The notes under the pieces: model-generated
The model's database searches: none
What the model was told of the DNA's origin: nothing
Seen by the model: the letters and a program-made list of their open reading frames with translations, nothing else
Program-made: the position numbers and the translations under genes
Assembly (NCBI GenBank): GCA_947472885.1
Contig: CANJBX010000006.1
Location: 1,510 to 65,509, forward strand
Reading direction: 5' to 3'
Origin: Hyphomicrobiaceae bacterium
GTDB taxonomy: Bacteria; Pseudomonadota; Alphaproteobacteria; Rhizobiales; Xanthobacteraceae
Length of the DNA: 64,000 nucleotides
Shown: in pieces, positions 9,936-21,393 of the stretch
Position numbering within the stretch: position 1 is the first letter of the stretch
Layout: each line of letters opens with the position of its first letter

Positions 9936-10436
9936 ATGGACAAACAGGTATCAGGCCCCGCGAGCGATGGCGTCGTGAGCAAAGAAAACCAGCTCGATCT
10001 ATCCGGTTATTTTCCTTACCTGATCAACCGTGTCGGCGCGGTGTTCGTCGCCAATTTCACCCGCGATGCGCTCGATGCGGAAGATCTCACCATTGTCACG
10101 TGGCGCGTGCTGGCGGCGCTGTCGAACAACGGCGGCCAGCGCCAGACGGATCTCGCAGCGATGACCAGCATCGAGGTGTCGACCTTGTCGCGCATCGTCG
10201 CGCGGCTTCTCAAGCGCGGCCTCATCACGCGCGAGCGGTCGGTGAGCGATAACCGCGAGGTCGCGGTGGCGCTCAGCGCGCAGGGCCGCACGCTGGTACG
10301 GCGGCTGATCCCGATTGCGCGGGAGCATGAGCGAAAGGCTGTTGCGAAGCTCCCCGCGCGCGATCTCGAAGCCGCGCGGCGTACCTTGCGCGCGATGTAC
10401 GACAATCTGGCCGACGATCCGGCGGATGCGGATTGA
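9936..10436 (+). CDS. MarR family transcriptional regulator
   Basis: ..LTIVTWRVLAALSNNGGQRQTDLAAMTSIEVSTLSRIVARLLKRGLITRERSVSDNREVAVALSAQG.. (winged HTH). The remainder of ORF 8988..10436 is an antisense shadow of the LLM gene. Confidence 0.85.
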   Translation: MDKQVSGPASDGVVSKENQLDLSGYFPYLINRVGAVFVANFTRDALDAEDLTIVTWRVLAALSNNGGQRQTDLAAMTSIEVSTLSRIVARLLKRGLITRERSVSDNREVAVALSAQGRTLVRRLIPIAREHERKAVAKLPARDLEAARRTLRAMYDNLADDPADAD

Positions 10437-10529
10437 GGCTTGCCCCCGCGCGTATCTCGTCTGCGCAGCCTGCGCTTGCGCCGCGGTTCCGGGTCGCTAT
10501 CGTGCTTGCAATCATTGAAGGGTGAAACG

Positions 10530-11423
10530 ATGACGCCGACTGCTGCCCGCGCGCAAGGTCCGATTGTCTGGGGCGACATGGACCAGCAGACACTGGACGA
10601 CGCCTACGACCAGGCCAAATGGGCGAGCAATCAGGAGATCGTCACCGGCCGCCGCGGCCCGGCCAGCGTCGAGGCGCTGAAATATATCGCGCCGCCGGAA
10701 CGTCATGCCTATGGTCCGACCGAAATCGAGAAGCTCGATATCTACAGGTGCAAGGTGCCGAACGCGCCGGTCGCGATCTTCGTGCACGGCGGCGCGTGGC
10801 GGCGCGGCAAGGCGTCGGACTTCGCCTATCAGGCGGAAATGTTCGTGCGCGCGGGCGCGCATCATGTGGTGCTGGATTTCGCCAGCGTCGATGACATGAA
10901 GGGCGATCTGCTGGCGATGGCCGAGCAGGTGCGCCGTGCGGTCGCGTGGGTGTGGAAGAACGCCGCGAGCTTCGGCGGCGACCCATCCCGCATCTATCTT
11001 ACCGGGCACTCCTCCGGCGCGCATCTTGGCGGCTGCGCGGTCATGGCAGATCTGACGCGCCATGGCGTGCCGCAGGACATGTTGAAGGGCGCGCTCTTGT
11101 GCAGCGGCATCTACGAGCTTGCGCCGGTGCGGCGCTCCAAGCGTTCGGAATATGTGACGTTCACCGACGAAATCGAAAACGAACTCTCGGCCATGCGCCA
11201 CATCGGCCGGCTGGCGTGTCCGCTGGTGCTGGCCGTCGGCACCAACGAGTCGCCCGAGTTCATCCGCCAGTCGCACGACTTCGCAGCCGCGGTCAGCACC
11301 GCCGGCAAGCAGGCCGGGCTGATTGTCGCGAAGAACTACAATCACTTCGAGATCGGCGAGACGCTTGCGAATCCCTGCGGCGTGCTGGGCCGCGCGGCGC
11401 TGAAGATGATGGGGCTGGCGTAA
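10530..11423 (+). CDS. Alpha/beta hydrolase (esterase / arylformamidase-like)
   Basis: HGGAWRRG oxyanion motif and GHSSGAH nucleophile elbow. The ATG at 10530 follows gaagggtga. Confidence 0.8.
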   Translation: MTPTAARAQGPIVWGDMDQQTLDDAYDQAKWASNQEIVTGRRGPASVEALKYIAPPERHAYGPTEIEKLDIYRCKVPNAPVAIFVHGGAWRRGKASDFAYQAEMFVRAGAHHVVLDFASVDDMKGDLLAMAEQVRRAVAWVWKNAASFGGDPSRIYLTGHSSGAHLGGCAVMADLTRHGVPQDMLKGALLCSGIYELAPVRRSKRSEYVTFTDEIENELSAMRHIGRLACPLVLAVGTNESPEFIRQSHDFAAAVSTAGKQAGLIVAKNYNHFEIGETLANPCGVLGRAALKMMGLA

Positions 11424-11461
11424 TACGCCCGCGGCCGCACTTCAGGGCTCACGCACCGCGA

Positions 11462-11638
11462 TCACATCGGGATCGCGGTGCGCTTCACTTCGTGCGTGCA
11501 CGTCGGGCATTCGTAGAACACGTCTTCGAATCCGGGCGCATAGGCGAGCGGCACGGACAGCACCGCAGCCATCTCTGTCTTGCAATCCGGGCAATGCGGG
11601 ACTTCAGGCTTGTCGTCTCTCGGTTTCGCAAAAGGCAT
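11462..11638 (-). CDS. 58-aa zinc-ribbon-like small protein (CPDC...CPTC); below the ORF-track length cutoff
   Basis: My translation: MPFAKPRDDKPEVPHCPDCKTEMAAVLSVPLAYAPGFEDVFYECPTCTHEVKRTAIPM*. GGAAGGA RBS 7 nt upstream of the ATG. Confidence 0.55.
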   Translation of the reverse strand: MPFAKPRDDKPEVPHCPDCKTEMAAVLSVPLAYAPGFEDVFYECPTCTHEVKRTAIPM

Positions 11639-12076
11639 AATAAAATCCTTCCGCCCGCGCCCGGTTCCTGGGTGCGAACGCGAACCGGCCCTAAAAAGGG
11701 CCTGGCATGTCAGTGTTGCGGGATCCGGCTGCCTTGACGTGGCGGCTCGGTCTATGGCGCGAAACCCTGGTCGGAGCGACGGTATGGCGTCGTTGCCAAG
11801 CCTCGCCGTGTCATGCGCCCGGTATCACGTGAATTATATGCGTCATAGGTTATTTAAATTGTAAATTACAACCTGAAAGACGCTTTTTCGGCATAAATCC
11901 ACAGTTCCCAACTTTCGGGTGGGAAGTTTGCCCATCCAGTGGGCACATTTCCAAAATTACCTGATGGGGGCGTTACTTAACCGCGCGATGGAATAGGATT
12001 GGAAGGCTGTCGCGCGCCCGGCGGCAGCTTGCGGGGTGATTATTTAGGCAGTTGGGCGGCCGGAAAAACATGTCGC

Positions 12077-12238
12077 ATGGCGGATAGTCTCATCAAACTG
12101 GTGGCGGCGGTTGCCGCCATCATGGCGATTTCAGTGCTGGTCTATACGTGTTCGCCCTATGCGCCGCTTGAGAAGGCACCGCCGCCGCTGGAGGCGATCC
12201 AGGGCAGCGGCGGCACGCCGCCGCCGGTTTCAAACTAG
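12077..12238 (+). CDS. Possible 53-aa single-pass membrane protein
   Basis: MADSLIKLVAAVAAIMAISVLVYTCSPY.. followed by a Pro-rich tail. Support is only the ORF and its hydrophobic helix. Confidence 0.3.
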   Translation: MADSLIKLVAAVAAIMAISVLVYTCSPYAPLEKAPPPLEAIQGSGGTPPPVSN

Positions 12239-12337
12239 GCCGGCACGCCGCGCCATTTTTGCCTGCCAGGCTTACTGTGGCGGCCCGGCAGACAGGGCCT
12301 CCCACGTTGTCTAGAAGACCGTGGGGGCTTTCAGTAA

Positions 12338-12556
12338 ATGCCGGATCAGCTTGATCGTTCAGACGTTGACGCCGTGGTGGCCGGAGTCCGTGCCGAGCTT
12401 CGCACGCAGCAGAACATCGTCTCGGGTCTGCCGTCGCCGCGCGCGCGTGACGCGATGCTGACGTTTCTCTCGCACGGACTGCGCCAGCTCCGCTGGCTGG
12501 AGCAGCAGCGCAAGCTCATTCTCATCGGACGATTCGCCAGCGGTAAGCCGGAATAG
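12338..12556 (+). CDS. Hypothetical 72-aa protein
   Basis: ORF followed 10 nt later by a strong hairpin terminator. No family recognised. Confidence 0.4.
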   Translation: MPDQLDRSDVDAVVAGVRAELRTQQNIVSGLPSPRARDAMLTFLSHGLRQLRWLEQQRKLILIGRFASGKPE

Positions 12557-12566
12557 TCAGGCAATG

Positions 12567-12597
12567 AAAGAGGCCGCCAATTGAGGCGGCCTCGTTT
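12567..12597. terminator. Rho-independent, apparently bidirectional terminator (GAGGCCGCC-aattga-GGCGGCCTC flanked by A and T runs)
   Basis: Read directly. It lies between the convergent ORFs 12338..12556(+) and 12618..12938(-). Confidence 0.75.
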
Positions 12598-12617
12598 AGT
12601 TCACGTTGTTTGATAGG

Positions 12618-12938
12618 CTAAAGGGGCTTTCGAACTCTATTCTTCCCGCCTGCTTTTTCCCATGCGTGGAAACGGTGGGTGGCTGCTCCGTAGCTGATAT
12701 CGAGCGCCTCTTTGACTGCGTAACGTGTGCGTCCCGCATCGAACATGCGGTAGGCAACCTCGATGCCGCGAGGCGTCAGGTTTACGCCGGTTTTATTGAA
12801 GGGGCTCTTCGGGTCAAGGTCGTCGGCTTCGACGTTGCCGTCTGGGCGTAACAGAGTTTCGATGCGGTCGAGGTTAGCCCGTGCTTCCTGAAGCAACGCA
12901 AGAATGGCCTCGCCGGTCGGATCTGCGGTAGTCAGCAT
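12618..12938 (-). CDS. Hypothetical 106-aa protein with a C-terminal HTH-like segment
   Basis: ..[44 protein letters not shown].. resembles a resolvase/Hin-type HTH. Dyad-rich AT-rich promoter region upstream. Confidence 0.5.
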   Translation of the reverse strand: MLTTADPTGEAILALLQEARANLDRIETLLRPDGNVEADDLDPKSPFNKTGVNLTPRGIEVAYRMFDAGRTRYAVKEALDISYGAATHRFHAWEKAGGKNRVRKPL

Positions 12939-13082
12939 TTTTTGCTCCTGTGTAGGTTACGAGTGTCGTGTAGCTATAGTAACTTACATAGTCAATACTA
13001 TATCATGTAAAAGGGATCACCTTCGTTCTCAAAAAAGGGGGACAACCCTAGATAAAAGGGGCCAGCACCCAACCAAGAAAAA

Positions 13083-13115
13083 GAACATATTGCGAACATG
13101 GAACATATCGTGTAC
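13083..13115 (+). promoter_or_regulatory. Two adjacent alpha-proteobacterial SOS (LexA) boxes: GAAC-N7-GAAC (13083-13097) and GAAC-N7-GTAC (13101-13115)
   Basis: Read directly, ~90-120 nt upstream of recA. This is the complement of the GTTC-N7-GTTC direct-repeat LexA site described for Rhizobium, Rhodobacter and Caulobacter. Confidence 0.75.
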
Positions 13116-13203
13116 ATTCATTTCTCAATCATCGGGGACTGGGGCGTGGGGACCACGTTGTCGGCTTCCGAATCCCGGACATCCAGGTCATAAGGAGAGA
13201 GAA

Positions 13204-14280
13204 ATGGCCTCAGCAGCCCTGAAAATCGTCGAAAGCCAGTCCATGGACAAGTCGAAAGCCCTTGATGCGGCGCTCTCCCAGATCGAGAGGGCCTTCGGCA
13301 AGGGCTCGATCATGAAACTGGGCAAGAACGACAAGTCGATGGATATCGACACCGTTTCGACGGGCTCGCTCGGCCTCGATATCGCGCTCGGCGTCGGCGG
13401 GTTGCCGCGCGGCCGCGTGGTCGAAATCTACGGGCCAGAGTCCTCCGGCAAGACCACGCTGGCGCTCCACACCATTGCGGAGGCCCAGAAGAAGGGCGGC
13501 ATCTGCGCCTTTATCGATGCCGAACACGCGCTCGATCCGATCTATGCCCGCAAGCTCGGCGTCAATGTCGATGAACTGCTGATTTCCCAGCCCGACCATG
13601 GCGAACAGGCGCTCGAAATCGCCGACACGCTGGTGCGCTCCGGCGCCGTTGACATCCTGGTGGTCGATTCGGTTGCGGCCCTCGTGCCGCGCGCCGAACT
13701 CGAAGGCGAAATGGGCGACGCGCTGCCGGGTCTGCAGGCCCGTCTGATGTCGCAGGCGCTGCGCAAGCTCACCGCCTCGATCAACAAGTCCAATACGATG
13801 GTGATCTTCATCAACCAGATCCGCATGAAGATCGGTGTGATGTACGGTTCGCCGGAAACCACGACGGGCGGCAATGCGCTGAAGTTCTACGCCTCGGTGC
13901 GCCTCGATATCCGCCGCATCGGCGCGATCAAGGACCGCGACGAAGTTGTCGGCAACCAGACCCGCGTCAAGGTCGTCAAGAACAAGCTGGCGCCGCCGTT
14001 CAAGCAGGTCGAGTTCGACATCATGTACGGCGAGGGCGTCTCCAAGATGGGCGAACTGGTCGATCTCGGCGTCAAGGCCGGCGTGGTCGAGAAGTCCGGC
14101 TCATGGTTCTCCTACGATAGCCAGCGCATCGGGCAGGGCCGCGAGAACGCCAAGACCTTCCTCAAGGCCAATCCCGATATGGCCAGCAAGATCGAGGCAA
14201 CCATCCGCGCCAACTCCGGCGTCATTGCCGAGAAGATTCTCGCCGCCGAGAAGGAAGAAGGCGACGACGACGAGGAATAA
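13204..14280 (+). CDS. recA: Recombinase RecA
   Basis: [40 protein letters not shown].., Walker [13 protein letters not shown] aaggagagag upstream of the ATG at 13204. Confidence 0.97.
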   Translation: MASAALKIVESQSMDKSKALDAALSQIERAFGKGSIMKLGKNDKSMDIDTVSTGSLGLDIALGVGGLPRGRVVEIYGPESSGKTTLALHTIAEAQKKGGICAFIDAEHALDPIYARKLGVNVDELLISQPDHGEQALEIADTLVRSGAVDILVVDSVAALVPRAELEGEMGDALPGLQARLMSQALRKLTASINKSNTMVIFINQIRMKIGVMYGSPETTTGGNALKFYASVRLDIRRIGAIKDRDEVVGNQTRVKVVKNKLAPPFKQVEFDIMYGEGVSKMGELVDLGVKAGVVEKSGSWFSYDSQRIGQGRENAKTFLKANPDMASKIEATIRANSGVIAEKILAAEKEEGDDDEE

Positions 14281-14394
14281 TCGCCGGGCTTCCGAAGGAA
14301 GCGGAGGCCGCGCGTCACATCCTATTCTCGTGTCCCGGACGAGCGCCGCATCGCGGCGCGAAGATCCGGGACCCAGAGCCACACGGCCGGAATG

Positions 14395-14429
14395 AAAAAA
14401 CGCAGCCGAAGGGCTGCGTTTTGTTTTTG
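14395..14429 (+). terminator. recA Rho-independent terminator (ACGCAGCC-gaag-GGCTGCGT + TTTGTTTTT)
   Basis: Read directly. Confidence 0.8.
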
Positions 14430-14452
14430 TGGCTTGTGTCGAACTCTCTCCA

Positions 14453-14541
14453 CGTCATCGCCGGGCTTGTCCCGGCGATCCCGATAAGGTGGGCACCGTG
14501 CGTTCCTAAGCGGGATGGCCGGAACAAGTCCGGCCATGACG
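14453..14541. repeat. Family A ~90-bp palindromic element, second copy (inverted relative to 991..1080)
   Basis: CGTCATCGCCGGGCTTGTCCCGGCGATC ... GATGGCCGGAACAAGTCCGGCCATGACG. Its core aligns with the reverse complement of the core of copy 1. Confidence 0.8.
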
Positions 14542-14550
14542 AAACTGGCT

Positions 14551-15474
14551 TTACAATTTCGCCTTGGCAATCCGCGCCCGCGCCTCATTGATGACGTCCG
14601 GCACGGCGGCGTCGTTGCCCGGCGCCATGATATGGACGCCGGCGACGCCCGGAATGGTCGCCAGTTCCTCGATGAATTCGACGCAGATCTTGCGGCCCTC
14701 AGTGGCAGGGTCCGCCGCCTTTTCCATCCGCTCGACCATGCTGTCGGGAATGATGGTGCCGAACAGGTTGGTGCGCATCCAGTTGGCGGACTTCGCCGAG
14801 CGGAGCGGATTGACGCCGATCAGCATCTGCAGGCCCGGCAGCACACCGGCTTCGGTCAGCCGCACGAGATAGCGGCGCACCACGCCGGCATCCATGCAGA
14901 ACTGGGTCTGCGCGAAGGTCGCTCCTGCCTCGACCTTGCCCTTGAGGCCGGTCGGCTGCCAGTCCGGCTTGGGGTCGATCGGCGCGTCCGCAGCGCCGAT
15001 GAAGAACGGCATGGGTCCAAGCACCTTGGTGCCGGTCGGCAATTCGCCTTCGCCGATCTTTTTGGCCGTCATCGAGAGCTGCATGGAATCGAGATCGAAC
15101 ACCGCGGTGGCCTCGGGCTGGTCGCCCGCGGTGGGCTTGTCGCCGGTGAGGATCAGGAGGTTGCGGATGCCGAGTGCGGCAGCGCCCATCAGGTCGCTCT
15201 GCAGGCCGATGCGGTTGCGGTCGCGGCACACCAGCTGGAGGATCGGCTCGATGCCGGCCTGCTGCATCAGGGATGCTGCGGCGACCGCGCCCATGTGGGC
15301 GCGCGCGCCCGCGCCGTCGGTGACGTTGACGGCATCCGCGATGCCTTTCAGCGGCAGCGCCTTTTTCATCAGGTCGGCCGGGTCGCAGGAGATCGGCGGT
15401 ACCACCTCGGCGGTGAGGACGAAACGCCCGGATTTCAGGCGCTGCGCGAGGTTCGATACGGAAGTTGCGCTCAT
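14551..15474 (-). CDS. Methylenetetrahydrofolate reductase family protein
   Basis: ..FVLTAEVVPP..AVNVTDGAGARAHM..QLVCRDRNRIGLQSDL..LILTGD.. typical of the MTHFR fold. Confidence 0.8.
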   Translation of the reverse strand: MSATSVSNLAQRLKSGRFVLTAEVVPPISCDPADLMKKALPLKGIADAVNVTDGAGARAHMGAVAAASLMQQAGIEPILQLVCRDRNRIGLQSDLMGAAALGIRNLLILTGDKPTAGDQPEATAVFDLDSMQLSMTAKKIGEGELPTGTKVLGPMPFFIGAADAPIDPKPDWQPTGLKGKVEAGATFAQTQFCMDAGVVRRYLVRLTEAGVLPGLQMLIGVNPLRSAKSANWMRTNLFGTIIPDSMVERMEKAADPATEGRKICVEFIEELATIPGVAGVHIMAPGNDAAVPDVINEARARIAKAKL

Positions 15475-15758
15475 GTCGGTTTTCTTGTTCTGCCGTGATG
15501 GGGAGAAGGGCGGTAATAGCGGCTATGCCAGCGGTCCGGCGATTATAGCCGAGGCATCGGGGCGGCGTAACCCGTGGGCCGGTTATGGCGGCCTTTCTGG
15601 ACAGCCTCTGGACACGCCGCTAGAAGCATAGTCCGGCCCTCGAAAGGGGCCGGAATCCCCCGAAATATCTTGGGCGCCAACGCTTCGGCGCCCATATTGT
15701 TCGGGTCACAGGGTCACGTCAGTTAAGGGCGCGCGCGGGCAAGCCCCAGGGTTGGAAC

Positions 15759-18425
<2,667 letters not shown>

Positions 18426-18492
18426 TAATCGGCGCTGACCTCTCGATCTTCGTGCGCCGTTTCCGCCGCGTGCGGAACGTAAAGGATGTTCG

Positions 18493-20160
18493 ATGGCGCA
18501 CAGCACGCCGCTGATTTCCACGATCACCATTGGTTTGGTGCTGGCATTCGCGTTTGGCACGCTGGCGCAACGTCTGCGCGTTTCTCCCCTGGTTGGCTAT
18601 CTCATCGCGGGTGTTGCGATGGGGCCGTTTACGCCGGGCTACGTTGCGGACCAGAACCTCGCCCATGAACTCGCCGAGATCGGCATCATTCTGCTGATGT
18701 TCGGTGTCGGCCTGCATTTCTCGCTGAAGGATTTGCTCTCGGTTCGTGCCATCGCGATTCCCGGCGCGGTCGTGCAGATTGTCGCCGCGACATTGCTTGG
18801 CATGGGGCTCGCGAAAATTCTTGGCTGGCCGTTCGGCGGCGGTCTCGTTTTCGGTCTGGCGCTATCGGTCGCGTCCACCGTCGTGCTGCTGCGCGCCCTG
18901 CAGGAGCGACGGCTGGTAGAGACGGAACGTGGCCGCATCGCCGTCGGCTGGCTGATCGTCGAGGACATCGCCATGGTCCTCACGCTGGTGCTGCTGCCGC
19001 CGCTGGCGGGCATCCTCAAAGGCGATGCGTCGTCGGCCGGCTTGATGTCGATTGCGTGGCCCCTGTTCATCACGCTTGCGAAGGTCGGCGGCTTTGTGTT
19101 CTTCATGCTGGTGATCGGACGCCGCGTTATCCCGGCGATCCTGCATTACATCGCGCATACCGGCTCGCGCGAATTGTTCCGTCTGGCCGTGCTGGCGATT
19201 TCGCTCGGCGTCGCGTTTGGCGCCGCGATCCTGTTCGATGTGTCGTTCGCGCTGGGTGCGTTCTTCGCCGGCATGATTCTCAGCGAATCCGAACTCAGCC
19301 ACCGCGCCGCGCAGGAAACGCTGCCGTTGCGCGATGCCTTTGCCGTGCTGTTCTTCGTGTCGGTCGGCATGCTGGTCAATCCGATGATCGTATTCCGCGA
19401 TCCACTGGCGCTGTTCGCGACCGTGTTCATCATCGTCGTCGGAAAGTCGCTGGCGGCGTTCGCCATCGTGCGGGTGTCCGGCCATCCGCAATCGACCGCG
19501 CTGACGATCTCGGCGAGTCTTGCGCAGATCGGCGAATTCTCCTTCATCCTCGTCAGCCTCGGTGTGAGCCTCGCGCTGCTGCCGGAGCGTGGCCGCGACC
19601 TCGTGCTGGCCGGCGCGATTATCTCGATCCTGCTCAACCCGGTCTGTTTCTACATGCTCGACCGATGGGTCACGTCGCCCGATGCCAAACAGCCGGATGC
19701 TGCACCCGTGCCGTCACGCGAACCGCTGCCGGTGAGCGCGTTGACCGATCACGTCGTGCTGGTCGGCCATGGCCGTGTCGGCCGCGTCGTCGTCAAGGCG
19801 CTGCGCGAATCCGGCACGCCGTTTCTGGTGATCGAGGATAATCCTGGCGCAGTCGAGCAATTGCGCAAGGACGGCATCGCCGTGATTACCGGCAATGCCG
19901 CCGCGCCCGACATGCTGGAGGCCGCGAACCTTGTGGCGGCGCGTGCGCTGCTGATTGCCATTCCCAATGGCTTTGAAGGCGGGCAGATTGTCGCCAAGGC
20001 GCGCGCAATCAACAAGGCCATGCCGATCATTGCGCGGGCGCACTCTGACGAGGAAATCGTGCACCTCAACCTTTACGGCGCGAGTTTCGTCATCATGGGT
20101 GAGAATGAAATCGCCAACGCGATGATCGGTCAGGTGCTCACGCCGGCGGTCCCGAACTGA
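18493..20160 (+). CDS. CPA2 family cation:proton antiporter with a C-terminal TrkA-N (RCK) domain (YbaL/KefB-like)
   Basis: About 12 hydrophobic segments, then ..HVVLVGHGRVGRVV.. Rossmann motif. Confidence 0.85.
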   Translation: MAHSTPLISTITIGLVLAFAFGTLAQRLRVSPLVGYLIAGVAMGPFTPGYVADQNLAHELAEIGIILLMFGVGLHFSLKDLLSVRAIAIPGAVVQIVAATLLGMGLAKILGWPFGGGLVFGLALSVASTVVLLRALQERRLVETERGRIAVGWLIVEDIAMVLTLVLLPPLAGILKGDASSAGLMSIAWPLFITLAKVGGFVFFMLVIGRRVIPAILHYIAHTGSRELFRLAVLAISLGVAFGAAILFDVSFALGAFFAGMILSESELSHRAAQETLPLRDAFAVLFFVSVGMLVNPMIVFRDPLALFATVFIIVVGKSLAAFAIVRVSGHPQSTALTISASLAQIGEFSFILVSLGVSLALLPERGRDLVLAGAIISILLNPVCFYMLDRWVTSPDAKQPDAAPVPSREPLPVSALTDHVVLVGHGRVGRVVVKALRESGTPFLVIEDNPGAVEQLRKDGIAVITGNAAAPDMLEAANLVAARALLIAIPNGFEGGQIVAKARAINKAMPIIARAHSDEEIVHLNLYGASFVIMGENEIANAMIGQVLTPAVPN

Positions 20161-20436
20161 CGCTTATTGGTGAGCAATGATGACGCCAATATTTTCTCCA
20201 GGCATTGAACTCAACACAGCACTCACTTCAAACTGCGGCTTTTTGCATCGTGCGCCGCACGTTTTCGCTTCTAAGGCGCATCGTGCCGGTATGCGACTCC
20301 GGCAAAGTCGCAAAAGTGTTGCTGCGCGAACACGCTTCAGCACCAACGCACTGCCGCCGCTACCCATTACCGCCGGTCAACAATACTGACGTTATAGGAT
20401 TCAAGGGTCGAAACGAATCGCTCGGGGGAGCGGGGA

Positions 20437-21393
20437 ATGTTCGTACCAGCAGCAGCGGCCGTTGCGGCCGCACTCTCTTTTGTTGTGCCGGCAAGCCTTT
20501 CGCCGGCGCCGGTCGCGAACGATAGCGAGGCGTGCCTCGTGGAGCATGGCCCGGATGCCGCCGCCGCTTGCGAGCGGGTGTTGCGTTCAGGGCGTGTACG
20601 GCTTCGGGAACTCGCAGACACTTACATCAATCGTGGACAGGCAAGCTACGTGAAGCGCGACTACGACCGCGCGATCGTCAACTTCGACCAGGCGATCCGG
20701 CTGGATCCCGGCGCGGCGCTCGCCTACGGTAACCGCGCTAACTCTCTTGCCATGAAGAAGGATTATGCGCGCGCCGTTGCGGATTACACGCGTGCGCTCG
20801 CGCTCGATGACAAGTTTCCGTCGGCCTATACCGGCCGCGGCCTGATTTACGAAGAGCTTGGCGATCTTGCCAGCGCGCGCCGCGACTACCTCGCGGCGAT
20901 TGCCTCGCCGATCAATTATGCGGATGGCATGTGGGCGCAGCAGGTCGCGCGCGAACGTATCGCCACCTTCGATAGCAAGCTCGCGGCCACCGCAGATGCG
21001 ACGCACGGGTTGAAGTGGCGCACTGAATGGAAGCGCAAAAAAACGCGACCTGGCGGGCCGCGTTTTTTATTTCTCGTATCCTCAGAGCAACTCCCGCGCA
21101 AACTACGGGCAGCGATGACGTGTGCTTACGCCATCGCCTTCTTGAGGTTTTCGTCGATCTTGTCGAGGAAGCCGGTGGTCGAGAGCCATCTCTGGTCGGG
21201 GCCGACGAGGAGGGCGAGGTCCTTGGTCATGCCGCCGCTCTCGACCGTCTCGATGCAGACTTTCTCGAGCGTGGCCGAGAATTTGGCGAGGTCGGCGTTG
21301 TCGTCGAGCTTGGCGCGGTGTGCGAGGCCGCGGGTCCAGGCGAAGATCGAGGCCATCGAGTTGGTCGAAGTCTGTTCGCCCTTCTCATGCTGA
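20437..21393 (+). CDS. TPR-repeat protein with a signal peptide. The 3' end is doubtful because the ORF has no stop before the terminator and runs antisense into icd.
   Basis: Repeated TPR units (..[58 protein letters not shown]..). RBS gggggagcgggga upstream. Confidence 0.6.
   Translation: MFVPAAAAVAAALSFVVPASLSPAPVANDSEACLVEHGPDAAAACERVLRSGRVRLRELADTYINRGQASYVKRDYDRAIVNFDQAIRLDPGAALAYGNRANSLAMKKDYARAVADYTRALALDDKFPSAYTGRGLIYEELGDLASARRDYLAAIASPINYADGMWAQQVARERIATFDSKLAATADATHGLKWRTEWKRKKTRPGGPRFLFLVSSEQLPRKLRAAMTCAYAIAFLRFSSILSRKPVVESHLWSGPTRRARSLVMPPLSTVSMQTFSSVAENLARSALSSSLARCARPRVQAKIEAIELVEVCSPFSC
21037..21068. terminator. Bidirectional Rho-independent terminator (AAAAAAACGCGACC-tggcg-GGCCGCGTTTTTT, one mismatch)
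   Basis: Read directly, ~60 nt downstream of the icd stop. Confidence 0.7.

Noticed and set aside
11929-11960. Sigma-54-like TGGCAC-N5-TTGC promoter around TGGGCACATTTCC.
   Set aside because: The -12 TTGC/GC element is absent at the required spacing. The local TGCCCA-N5-TGGGCA dyad is noted instead under the recA-upstream finding.
14315-14588. ORFs encoding '..AGLVPAI..' / 'MAGTSPAMT..' peptides (also 778..1017 and 980..1237).
   Set aside because: They are translations of the family A palindromic repeat on either strand, not genes.
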